Source: Parasitella parasitica NRRL 2501
Lineage: Eukaryota; Fungi; Mucoromycota
Assembly (NCBI GenBank): GCA_025201805.1
Contig: MU619237.1
Coordinates: 1-64,000 of the forward strand
Direction: 5' to 3'
DNA: 64,000 bases
The notes beneath the pieces are model-generated. The model saw nothing but the letters and a program-made list of their open reading frames with translations, did not search any database and was not told where the DNA came from. The translations under genes were made by a program, and so were the position numbers. Positions 25,542 through 36,714 of this stretch are shown in pieces (position 1 is the stretch's first letter; every line of letters begins with the position of its first letter).

Positions 25542-27958
25542 ATGTTGCGGCTTTCAAGGTATGTCCAGCAATCGAGAATATATTGCATTCGAAGGAGACT
25601 ATCAACGACTTGCTGTCAACGATCCAGCAACAGAACGGACAGCCCGGCCTCAAAAAATCCCCTATGGTCTGTACCTTTTCTGTCGAAAACCTCAGACAAA
25701 GAAGAGACAAAGGACCCAGACGACAATGCATTCATCGCATCGCTCATGTCAAACAAAGCTTGGTTGTCCGGCAGGATGGATTGGCCTGAATTCCTCTCTG
25801 TAGACGCTATCAACGCAAAGATCTCAGAGCTATACCCTCACCTCAGCTCTCAATTCACTCATTTACGGGAAGGCTATGACAGGATGTGGGACTATTTAAC
25901 CATGGAAGACTTTCGAAAAATTGTCGAGCAAGTAAAAAGGGAAGAAAATGACACCAGTATTTATCCTGAGATGTCTAGAGACGCTGTCGTTAGGTAACGC
26001 TGTTTGCATATATGTATATATATATGTGTGTTTGTGTGATCTCATTACTGCAGTACTGAATATATATGTCACCATACAGAGAAGGTGCAGCTTTATCAGA
26101 CCAAGAGAAAAGGTTCATTTCAAAGCGCAAACAAAAGCAAAAAAAGGCATTTGCTGAATTTATAGGCGAGGATCCAAGGAATATTGACGTGAGAGACATT
26201 CCTGTCATAGGCATTGCTTCTAGCGGTGGAGGATACCGTGCCATGCTTGGAACCACCGGCTATTTAAATGCAATGAAAAAATCAGGTGCTTTGGATTGTG
26301 CCATGTATTTTACGGGTATATCTGGATCTTGCTGGGCAATGTCGTTGTATTACAATCAATTGACAAATGCCGATCCTGTGCGCATGAAGAAGCATTTTCA
26401 ATCTCGTTTATCTACACATTGGGCCAATATTTCTAATCTTATCAATATCTTGACTGCATCACCCGAAAAGAGCAAGCTAATATTACAAGGTGTCATTCAA
26501 AGATATAGTCAGCAGAATGGAGACTTGAGCCTTGTTGATATTTTCGGCATGCTTATGGGAGGCACATTGTTGACGAAAAAAACAACGCCGTCCGTAAAGG
26601 AGCCCGAGAATGAAAAAGAAATGAAGCAACAGATCAATACAGTTGTGACAATGGAGCAAGTGGATACCAAACGAGCAATGCATTTGACAGAGCAAGCTGA
26701 TTTTTTAGAAGATGGATTGGAGCCATTGCCGATTTACTGCGTTGTTCGCCATGACATCTCCTACGGTAAAACATTCGAAGAAAGGATCAAAGAACTGAAA
26801 AAAATGGCCTCGCGAAATACTCAGGAAAAGAAAGAACTCGATACATTGCAAAAGAAGGCTTGCGAGTTCGCAGATGAACAACATGATGACGCTTACCAAT
26901 GGTTTGAATTTACCCCTTACGAAATGGGATGTGAAGAGATAGAAGGTATGCGCATACACTACACATATAGAGGATTTGATACACTGATGCATTGTTCGGC
27001 TTTTTTTTTTATAGCTTGGATCCCCATGTGGGCATTTGGAAGACAATTTGAGCATGGTAAAAACACAGAGAGGCTTCCGGAGCAAACCTTGGATATTTTA
27101 ATGGGGTAAGAGGCCAATTTTACAATAAAAAAGGGCATTACACTAACAGAACTTGATATATATATATATAGCATGTTTGGATCTGCATTTGCCGCAAGTT
27201 TGGTCCATTTTTATCAAGAAATTCGAAGTTTCTTACCGTCAGGTTCACTAGATAAAATAGACGAAGCCATCACTCGATATGAATCATCAATGTCAAGCTA
27301 TCATCCTATTTCGCCCTCGTCTTTTTCTAATCCCTTCTACAAATTGCCCAATTCATTCATCATTGAAAGCGAAAATAAAGAAGTCAAGAGACCTGAGGCG
27401 CTTGTGGATTCGAAGGAGCTGTACCTGATGGATGCTGGCATGGATAACAATATCCCATTCTATCCCCTCATGCGTGAAGGTCGTGATGTCGATGTGATAC
27501 TTGCCCTTGATCTTAGTGCTGATATACAAACTGCTACACATTTTGACCGGGCAGAGAGCTACATCAAAAGAAGAGGTATTCAGGGATGGCCGACAGGTGC
27601 AGGATGGCCAAAAGACCGAGACAACAGCGAAGAGAAATACCCCTTGGGCTCTTGCACTATTTTTGATTCAGAAGCCAAAGAAAAAGTAACCACAGCATCC
27701 AACACAACTCACACTAGAAAACGCCGACCCATCACATTAGCTTACTTTCCTTTTATTGTAAACAAGGCATTTAATGCAGAATTCGATCCTCAAGAAGAAG
27801 AATTTTGCAGTACATGGAACTTTGTGTACACTCCTGAGGAGGTGAAAAAAGTAACTGGCTTGGCAGAGGCGAACTGGAACGATAATATCGAAAAGATCAA
27901 GCAGATGCTGCGAAAGACATGGGAAAGAAAGAGAAAAGAGAGATTACAAGAACATTAA
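25542..27958 (+). CDS. cPLA2/lysophospholipase (PLA2c domain) with a predicted mitochondrial presequence
   Basis: SSGGGYRAM, GISGSCW nucleophile motif, WFEFTPYE, LMDAGMDNN catalytic Asp. Arg-rich, acid-free N-terminus. Confidence 0.9.
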
Positions 27959-28029
27959 AGCCAGCGGTTTTTTTGTTATACACAAAGAAAACTTTATTGT
28001 TTATGGATATATTATGTGTGCATGTTGGT

Positions 28030-28314
28030 TTATAAACTCTTTTGCATTGCTTGTAATTTTTCAACTTGTTCTCGAGAACCTTCATTCACGATATCTCGTA
28101 TTAAACCAGGATAGAGGTCCCAATTTCCTAAACTAGATGGTTGCTCAGGGATGGCTTGCTTTTTGGTTTTACCATGATATGTATAGCAGGGCGGGCTATT
28201 CTTCTTGAAGCGGTATAGACCAGGATGAGTCAGGTCATCTTCAGTCATTGGATGCTCCATAATGGAGGTTTCTTCTTTCGAGTGTTGAATAATAGATGTA
28301 ACAGTGTTATTCAT
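28030..28314 (-). CDS. Small hypothetical protein (94 aa)
   Basis: Single ORF MNNTVTS..WDLYPGLIRDIV..QKSL* filling the gap between two genes. Less AT-rich than its flanks. Confidence 0.5.
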   Translation of the reverse strand: MNNTVTSIIQHSKEETSIMEHPMTEDDLTHPGLYRFKKNSPPCYTYHGKTKKQAIPEQPSSLGNWDLYPGLIRDIVNEGSREQVEKLQAMQKSL

Positions 28315-28504
28315 AACTGTTATTGTGATATAATATTGAATTCCCCAAGGGAAATTCGATTGTGTATTTATAGTGGAATTTGGAAAACTTTTTTCGATGT
28401 TCTTTTTTTTTTTCTTTCTTTTTTTGCATAATTTTATTTTTACCACTAGTGGGCAAATAAGAATTATCACCCCATTATACTAAATAGAAAACAGAACCAA
28501 TGGT

Positions 28505-30629
28505 TTAATGCTCAATATCTTCCCAATCACGACCTTTGACCTGGGTAAGCTCTTGCTCTGTTAGGACACTACCACTAGTAAAGTAGCCAGCAGCAACCTT
28601 GGCATCAATCTCGACACTAAAGCACCATTAGTGAATAAACATTGAGTCAATCATTACTAAAAAGATGTATTTACCGAGAATCAGCAGGTATAAGCTCCTC
28701 AGGAATAGGCACCCGCTCAATAATGGGAATGCCGGATCCAACAATGGCGTCATGTTTCTACGTGAAACGCAAAAAGTTATAGTCAGAGAATTTACTCACG
28801 TTTCCTATTGCACACGGCAATGTGTGCTTGGATCACATGTACGTACCATATTTGACATAGACTACGTGATGGAAATGTTAATACTTGAAACATTCTGCAT
28901 GCTCCCCCAGACTTACCATCATGCGATCAATCTTTTGGATCCCCAGCCAGTGCAATACATCAGGCATTAATGCTTGGAATCGCATGTCCTTAACACCTGC
29001 AATACATTCAGTACGTAAAAAGTAGTTGCTTGCAGTATCGCCACCAGCCTGTCGCTTGCGTGCATTGTATACCAAATATTTTGTTACCTCTCCCAGCGCT
29101 CTTCCTTCTTTTCTGACTAAATAGAGAGGCTTTTCAGTAGAAAGTTCTATTTACATCATTGCGTATGGTACATTACAGTAGACAATAACGCCAACGCCAC
29201 CTTGCTGTGCTTGCTTGGCACACTCTTCAATACCGTATATTAAATACGGCCTACAAGTACAGATATCACTGCCTACATAGATCGTAAATATATGCATACA
29301 CGTTGAAAGGAGAATGAAGAAGTAATATTACCAAATACGTCGGATCCGTTGCATTCATCATGCACACGAAGAGTCAATTTCTTGGAAGGATCTACGGTGG
29401 ATACATGATAATTAAAATTTGAAATTTACACATATTTCAATACAGACTTTACCAGAGACATAATCAGGATTGCCAAATATATAAACACTGATGCCGCCAA
29501 TTGGAGGCAAAAAGACCTTCAAATCAGGTCGAGTAATCAACTCTGGGTACATTCCACCTGTGTCCTCGCTGCAGATATACACTGTAAGCAGTCATCACAA
29601 CAGTTGGTTAAGGTTGATACTCACAAGAGAGCGCGGCGAAGTAATGATTCTTCAATTCCAAACCTCTTTGCTACGCCGGGCAGATACCAAACAGGCTCAA
29701 CTGCAGCCTTGGATACAGCCAAATCACCACGAAAGTTGACTACAACTTTACCGTCTACTTCCAGAGTACCATTCTTGACGCTCATCTCCATTTCAGCCAT
29801 TGTCATATGGGCACGCGTAATAGCAATGGTAGGTCTATTGCGTCGCTAGTTGATTAAATCATGTCTGCGTGTCCATTTCATTCATGCGTACCTGACATCC
29901 AACCCCTTTTCGTATTCAGATTTGAAAATGGAAGGCGCTTCATGGCCAAGGGGATCAATAGAGACAATTTTTTCAGGATCATACCATGAAGGATGAGGAC
30001 CAATTTTAAAAGCTGGCTCAGTCATCTCAAAGTTAGGACGATGGTCAGAGGGCAAATCGCCAATAGCCACAGCCAATGCGCGATAGATGCAATAAGAACC
30101 GCCATAGGCACCAATAGCGTTTCTGTGATTGTGTGCGTTTGAATGAATAATCTCTCACACGCCCCTTTCCCTTCCCCTCGTTTAATAACATACCTTTTTT
30201 TGATGCTTTCAGTGTGACGGGATGCAACGATGGGGCCTCTTTCGAGGGGGTCTTCAGTGCCCCAATTCAACGATAAGGGTTTGATGCCATTCTGGCCAGG
30301 ATAGGCTAAAAAATAAGGTTTAATGATTATCCATTATGCGTGTACTTGACTTGATATATACTTGTTAAGATAGCACGGCTAGGATACATGGAAGATTGGG
30401 GATTGGTTGCAGGGTTTGGGGCGATATCGCCAACCACGGCTTTATCAGACGAAAGAGTAGCAAGAGTTATCGATGGAGACATCGGGTCATCACCAGCAGC
30501 CTGGCCCTTGGGAGGTGTCACAGTTGACAACTGTTCGAATTGTTCAGCGAGCCTTAATTGATCTGCCCTCAGTATTTCCATTGTGGACAGCATCTTTTGC
30601 AGGATAGGATCATCGTTTGATATTGTCAT
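28505..30629 (-). CDS. urg1: GTP cyclohydrolase II-like uracil-regulated protein (Urg1/URC1 family), many introns
   Basis: TYPGQNGI..WG..DPLERGPIVASR, RNAIGAYGGSYCIYRALAVA, KAAVEPVWYLPGVAKRFG, RVHDECNGSDVFGSDICTCRPYL, RKEGRALGEVTKYLVYNARKRQ, EIDAKVAAGYF. Confidence 0.95.
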
Positions 30630-30956
30630 TATAATGAATATCCAGTAAGAGGGAAAAAAAGGGAAAGAAACGAATAAAATGTTGGGAAGCCCAACAAGAG
30701 AATTTCCCCCCCTTTTTAAATCATGATAAACGATATAGCAACAGCATCATCATGGGGTTTGGTAATTTGATACATGATATTTGCATGCTTTGAGTTACGT
30801 GTCCAACTATGTTATGATATCAGTTTCGTGCATAATAAACGTAAGCTTGCCTCGCCTCATGTGATGCCCAAACAATTTGAAATGATAAATTTGGATTCTT
30901 GGATATCCTTTCCCCCCCCTCTCCTTTTCTCATCTTATTTTTCTTTTGTATAAAAT
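30630..30956. promoter_or_regulatory. Bidirectional urg1/UPRT promoter with repeated ATGATA (GATA) motifs
   Basis: 327 bp between divergent ATGs; ATGATA at about 30723, 30774, 30814 and 30882. Confidence 0.55.
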
Positions 30957-31839
30957 ATGACCAATACAAACACTGTGCACATAAGTAGACACCCTATCGT
31001 CGCTGCCAAGTTGTCTGAATTGAGAGATGCCAAGCAAAACTCAAAGACTGTGCGTGAATTGACCAAAGACCTGTCTTTGCTGCTGGGTTATGAAGCTTCT
31101 CAAAATTTAGAGACGTCAAGCAACGGGGAATCTAGCGTAAGAATGATAAAATGTACCGCATAACTCTTAGCTTATCAATCGGGCAAAATTAGACTGCAAA
31201 TGGCAGTTATAGATCTGTGCAGATAAAAGACAAGGTTGTTTTGGTTCCTGTTCTCAGATCAGGCCTTGGTTTCGTGGATGGTAATACAAAAATTAATGCT
31301 GGGCAATCGTGGGAGTTGTAACAGAATCTTTGTATACGCGTAGGCTTCTTGAACCTGTTTCCGGAAGCTCCTGTCTATCATCTAGGCATTTTCCGTGAAA
31401 AAAAGTCTCTCCAGGCAGTGGAATACTACAACAAATTACCTAATTGTGTGGGTGTCGATACCTGCTTCGTATTGGATCCTGTAATTGCGACTGGTAATAC
31501 TGCCATAGCAACTATCACCATTTTAAAAGAGTCCGGCTTACTCCCTCATCAAATCAAGTTTGTTGCTCTCGTTGGAGTAAGTGGTTTTGTGTATATGCAT
31601 GAGGGACAACTTTGTTTACCGTGGTTTTTATTTTTTTAGTCTGAACAAGGTATCCAGCAACTTCAAAACGAACATCCTGATGTTCATATCTATTTAGCAG
31701 CAGTCGATGAATCCCTCGATTCCAATAGGTAAGCACCTGCCGATACCATATTCTACATGCATAAAACTCACACGTTTATAGTTATATCAGTCCTGGTATA
31801 GGTGATTCTGGTGATAGACTCTGGAATACTGCCATTTAA
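30957..31839 (+). CDS. Uracil phosphoribosyltransferase (Urg2/URC6/Upp-like), 5 exons
   Basis: HPIVAAKLSELRD, LVPVLRSGLGFVD, HLGIFRE, VLDPVIATGNT PRPP loop, YISPGIGDSGDRLWNT. Confidence 0.95.
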
Positions 31840-31889
31840 ATAATGCGTGCTCCGAATAAATAATAACTTTTACATCTTCTTCTCTTCAA

Positions 31890-32279
31890 ATGACTCGTAC
31901 AATATCTATCTTTCATAACCCAAGGTGTAGTAAATCTCGTAACGCCTTGGCTTACCTTGAAAAAAATAAGGATGAATACGAATATCACCTTGAAAAAATT
32001 CTGTACCAGAAGGATTCCATCACGGAAGATCAGTTGAACGATTTGGTAACCTATCTTTCAGGTTCAAAGACTACAGATTCCTCTCAATGGAAGGTTTTAC
32101 TCAGACCTGATGCTCAAAAGCTAGTATCCTCCAAGGAAGAAGCAATTAAGCTTATAATGGAAAAGCCCGAACATCTTGAACGCCCATTTGTTGTCGATTT
32201 TGAGAATAAGAAGGCTGCGTTAGGAAGACCCGATCTCACAGATGTTGAAACTCTTGTTGCTGGCGCCAAAATCCTGTGA
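31890..32279 (+). CDS. arsC: Bacterial-type glutaredoxin-dependent arsenate reductase (ArsC family), intronless
   Basis: HNPRCSKSR active-site motif plus LLRP, LERP and LGRP arginines equivalent to R60/R94/R107 of R773 ArsC. Confidence 0.88.
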   Translation: MTRTISIFHNPRCSKSRNALAYLEKNKDEYEYHLEKILYQKDSITEDQLNDLVTYLSGSKTTDSSQWKVLLRPDAQKLVSSKEEAIKLIMEKPEHLERPFVVDFENKKAALGRPDLTDVETLVAGAKIL

Positions 32280-32426
32280 TCAAGAGCTTGGCTTATTAAA
32301 CCACAGCTTTTGTAAAAACTGTCAACTCACCCTTGCTCGTTTCCAATAAAAAAATAAAAAAATAAAAAATACAATAAAAGAAATAGTTTCTATCTTCTAC
32401 TCTTTTTTTATTTTTAAATCACAAAA

Positions 32427-32864
32427 ATGAATCGATCAGTCAACTTATTTATCAGCATTCGCACATATGCAACAAAGAGTAAGACTACAAATTTAAAATG
32501 GAAGCCTAGTGTACCTGTTCAACAAACCACTCTCCCTGACGGTACTGTTTTCATCGCTCGTCAGCCTGTTGTCGAGCCCAGCGTACAATCTGCTGTAGCA
32601 CCTCTTCTTAATAAACCGGCTACATATAAAAAGTTATCAGAAACAGAAATCAAAGAATTGCGTCAGTTAAGAGAATCAGACCCTAGTACATGGACTCGCT
32701 CAAAGTTGGCAAAAAAATTTGGATGCTCAGAATTGTTTGTTGGTATTGCTGCTTCCAATGCTACCGCTCAAGCTGCTGAAAATCAGGTTACTGCTGTCGC
32801 GAATCATGGTTATAGGCGTAAATTGATTTCGCAAGAAAGGCAAAAGAGAAGAGCTCTTTGGTAA
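32427..32864 (+). CDS. MRPL20: Mitochondrial ribosomal protein L20 (mL58)
   Basis: Presequence-like N-terminus; LSETEIKELRQLRESDPSTWTRSKLAKKFGCSELFV; C-terminal RQKRRALW. Confidence 0.85.
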   Translation: MNRSVNLFISIRTYATKSKTTNLKWKPSVPVQQTTLPDGTVFIARQPVVEPSVQSAVAPLLNKPATYKKLSETEIKELRQLRESDPSTWTRSKLAKKFGCSELFVGIAASNATAQAAENQVTAVANHGYRRKLISQERQKRRALW

Positions 32865-34364
32865 AATTAAACAAATACATGTGTGTGTGCGCGCATTTAG
32901 ATCTACTATGTATCAAGTTGAATAAAAACTATGGAATTGTATATATATTGATTAAACTATTGGAGTTTCTGTATATATTTCGAAAAAGGATTTCATATTA
33001 TGATAAGAATCAATAATTATAAGTTAATTTGACGTTGTACTACTGTGCTGATGGCAAGGATTGGCATTCCTAATTGATAACGAGTGTTGATCAGAATTGA
33101 CAGATCAAATTGCAGCAAAAATCAGTTTATTAGGCTTTAATCATAATAATAACAATTAAAAAGACATTAGATAGATAAGCAGATATTTTCACCAAGTTTC
33201 TCATGTATGATAAAGTTTGTACCTCTTTGCAAAAGTTTAGATGTCTCATAACGAAGAAACATCATGTAATGTAAATCATTACGATATGATGGGTAGACCT
33301 GACCCAAAGCTCGTAAAAAAAACATTCCGTAGCACTTCTTCTGTCAGGTTTAATATAATACATTATTGAGTAATATAAAAATCGAAAGAACATTCACAGA
33401 CCTCGTACCTGTTTTTTTCAATGTTCTTCTATATACATTCTAGCTCTTATTTAACTTAAAATTGTAATCTGCTATGTAGCATTACTTTGTTCATATCATT
33501 TATCAACTGGCAAACTTTTACGTTACCATAGTCTAATTTAGCTTTTTTACACAAAAATCATAGATGTTTGCAAGCAGCTTTAAAATGTAAGATATTATTC
33601 CACAGTTCGTTGTGTCAGATGAGACAAATCATTATCGTGTTCCTGCTTCACATTCAGAATTTACTAAATGTTAGCAACACAAAAACCTACCAAAAAATTG
33701 TCTTAATATATGAATATGAACTGTACGCAAATTTCAGCAATACATCATCCGTTCACACAGTGTTTTTACATAAAATAACATTCTTTCATTTGTTAACGTT
33801 GTTATATTGGATTTTGGCCGGCTATATCGTCCCGAGATGACTTTTGAGTGTGAGTCAACAATATGCGTTTACAAATATTGTGATGTGTCAATCTGTTAAG
33901 CGTATAGTCAAAATAATGGCAAAAATTCAGAATGATGATTCTTTTTGACCTGAATTATACCGATGATAATGACCACTGCATGACCAGCTTGAGTAGTTTT
34001 AGGCCTACACTTATTATTGTTTTTTTTTTTTTGTTCAATATGCAAACAAGCAGATCGATTTCATTGTAAATAATAAGCCAAGAACCGTTGAAATTAAATG
34101 TAACGCTTGGCATCATAACTTTGTCTATTTAAAGACTTATGCATGCATATTCCTAGAGTTGCAAGCATGATCCTTGTTCAGTTTGGATTTCATAGTTGTT
34201 GGGATGTATTGCCCAGCTAAGCCAATTCACACAGTGACTCGCACTGTTAACCACCGCATGAGAAGCTAGTGATTGAAGGAATAGACGGGAGCCCACAGCC
34301 AGAGACAGGGCGCTTGTTCTTGAAACTCCCTTTTTCACTGTTCCCAGAAGAAACATACAAAAAG

Positions 34365-35414
34365 ATGTTTAAAAACAAAATCCTTGTGACAAGTCAACCC
34401 AATGGAGGCACTTTACAGTTTGTGAAAGGTTAGACGATTCAAGATAATGCATATATCAACATTACACTTAAAACGTCTGCTGTAGATATTTTCACCATAT
34501 CAAACAATAGAGAGTTTCCTCAAAGTCTCGTTGATACTCGGTTAAATGACACCCAGGGCGACCTCGTAGGAGTTTGCATACCTTATGAAATTGACACCAA
34601 ATATTACACAGCAAAGGTTGATTTTTGGCTGGATGAAATCGATAGAGCGACGGAAAAAGAAACTATCAAGGCTTACTGCGAAAAGGATACCGAAATAAGC
34701 AAAGTGATTGATGCCTTTGTATTTATATTTGACAAAAACGAGGTACAGTAGATGTAATTTTTTAAGTTTTATTAGTATTTAACAAATTCATCCATTAGCC
34801 ATCTACATTTGACACTGCTAAAGAGTGGTTGCCATTCCTCAACCAAGCAGAACCAGGGATTCGTTTGTGCATTGGAAATTCATCCAAAGAACCTTTGACT
34901 ATGGAAGTGGACGCTGAAATCAACGATTGGTGTCTTTCCAACGGCTTTGATTATGTTGACATGGATGAAAAGACAGACATACCAATGGACAAAGTTCGCA
35001 TGGAATTAGCTTTGGAAATCATACAAACAAATTTCTGGGATGGCATGGTGAAGAAAAATGTTAATGGCATTGCTGAGGATGAAGATTTGTTAAGGGAGAT
35101 TCGAGAATTGAAACTTGCACAGGAAAAAGACATTACAAGTTTGAGTGATAACGATGAAGATGTTGAGGACATGCCCACACAGGATGAGATCAAGAAGATG
35201 AGACATGATTTATTTGCAGATATTGACGGAGAAGACGGCCTGGATAAAGCATTTGAGAAAATACAAGCAATAAGAGGTAAGAGTTATAGACGATGAACGT
35301 TAGTATTCTTCTAAATGTAATCTTTTAGAACATGGTAAAAGTCTCTCTGATGAAGAAAGACGAAAAATGGCAGCACAAGTCGCCCTCTCATTTGCTGCTC
35401 AACTAGGATTATAA
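34365..35414 (+). CDS. Alpha/gamma-adaptin-binding protein p34 (AAGAB/Irc6-like)
   Basis: IDTKYYTAKVDFWLDE, WCLSNGFDYVD, EIIQTNFWDGM, LSDEERRKMAAQVALSF. Four exons. Confidence 0.85.
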
Positions 35415-35519
35415 ATAAAATGAAACAAATGATTAATGTATAAATGCCTAACAAATTTAATCTCGAGTAAAAGTTTACTCTCGTCCCCTCTCTGTTTGTC
35501 TAATTTTTACGTTTTGGAG

Positions 35520-36593
35520 ATGTTGCATAGATTGACTTATATTTTTGTCCTTTGTTTGGTCACTGTTATCTATGCTGTTTCTGCAGCAGTTAAAAAAGGT
35601 ATTTATGTGTGCCTTACAATGCGGTTTTTTTTAACCATNNNNNNNNNNAAAAAAAAAAAAAAAAAAAAGATACTATTCAATTGTGTAAGTTGCGTGTTGT
35701 ACTCGTTGCAATTCATTACATTTAATAGTCGCATGTATATGTAGCTTCGGAATTAGCGAGGTTGAAAGTACGGCAACAATTAACTTCATCGCAAGTCGAG
35801 GTTACCTTGGCAACTGTCTCCACGCAAAGCGCACAGACCGCAAATCAAAACAGCGTTTATTCGGCATCCACCAACATCGATTCAGCTACAGTATCAGCAA
35901 CAAGCTCAGTTTCAGCAGCAAATGACGCATTTACTGGCTATGATAGCGGATACCCTGAGGACAGAAAAGCGTGGTCCAATCTTCCTACCTCCAGCAGTTT
36001 CGGTAATAGTATTTACGCTGGTGCTATCACTTTTGCCACGCCAACAAGAAGCGGCAGTGTGTTACCACTCTATCCTATTCAATCTGTTGCCAACGTTACA
36101 TTTAAATGGGGTTATACAGCACTGCGCGTTAGACCTGTCAATTTGACACTGAATGCCGTTGGTCCAAATTCCGCAACGGTTGATATTACGGCTATGGATG
36201 GCTCAGCTACAGAAGCGATTTGGAATCTCGGATTAGTTCCTACAGATACCCCCTTAATGAACGGATATTACAAAATTCAATTGTATGATCAACGTGGTGT
36301 GTCAGTAGACTATTCACCCGGTTGGATGGTGCCATGCACTAGTTTATCTATTGCGCTTTATTCTCCTGATTTTTACGATCCAATTACAACTATGTGTAAG
36401 TTCAAGTTTCCATAGATATGTCTTTTTTTGGAAATTAATCTTTTCTTTATATCATGCATACATAGCTGGATATTGCCCAACTTGCTTTTACAACGCTGGC
36501 AGCTCCTTCCGCGAAGCATTCGAACCTATTGCTGTAGCAACAAGTATTGCCTTGATAACGTCCATGCTTGTTTTGGTCAATGTTCTTGGTTAG
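35520..36593 (+). CDS. Signal-peptide, Ser/Thr-rich, C-terminally anchored cell-surface protein (conserved fungal family, DUF7137-like); paralogue A
   Basis: Signal peptide, S/T stretch, VTFKWGYTAL..YKIQLYDQRG..PGW..ALYSP, CPTC, hydrophobic C-terminus. N gap in intron 1. Confidence 0.75.
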
Positions 36594-36714
36594 GCTGTTT
36601 ACGTATATATTGTTATGTGGTCGACCGAATCAGAATTCTTTATTTAGCAGATAAACAACCCACTTTTTTCCTCTTCTCATTAAAGCATTTCTTTATCGCA
36701 TACAACAAAGAAAT

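Noticed and set aside
30903-30911. ATATCCTTT U12-type 5' splice-site-like motifs (also at ~42749)
   Set aside because: Upstream of ATGs, with no CCTTAAC branch site or suitable acceptor.
32900-34100. AT-rich intergenic region with a 90-aa non-ATG ORF
   Set aside because: No coding signature, TIRs or motifs that I can support.
34147-34359. Assignment as snR30/U17, U11, SRP or RNase P/MRP RNA
   Set aside because: Required partner motifs (AAACCAU at the right spacing, Sm site, helix-8 motif, CR-I/CR-V architecture) are missing; kept only as an unassigned structured candidate.
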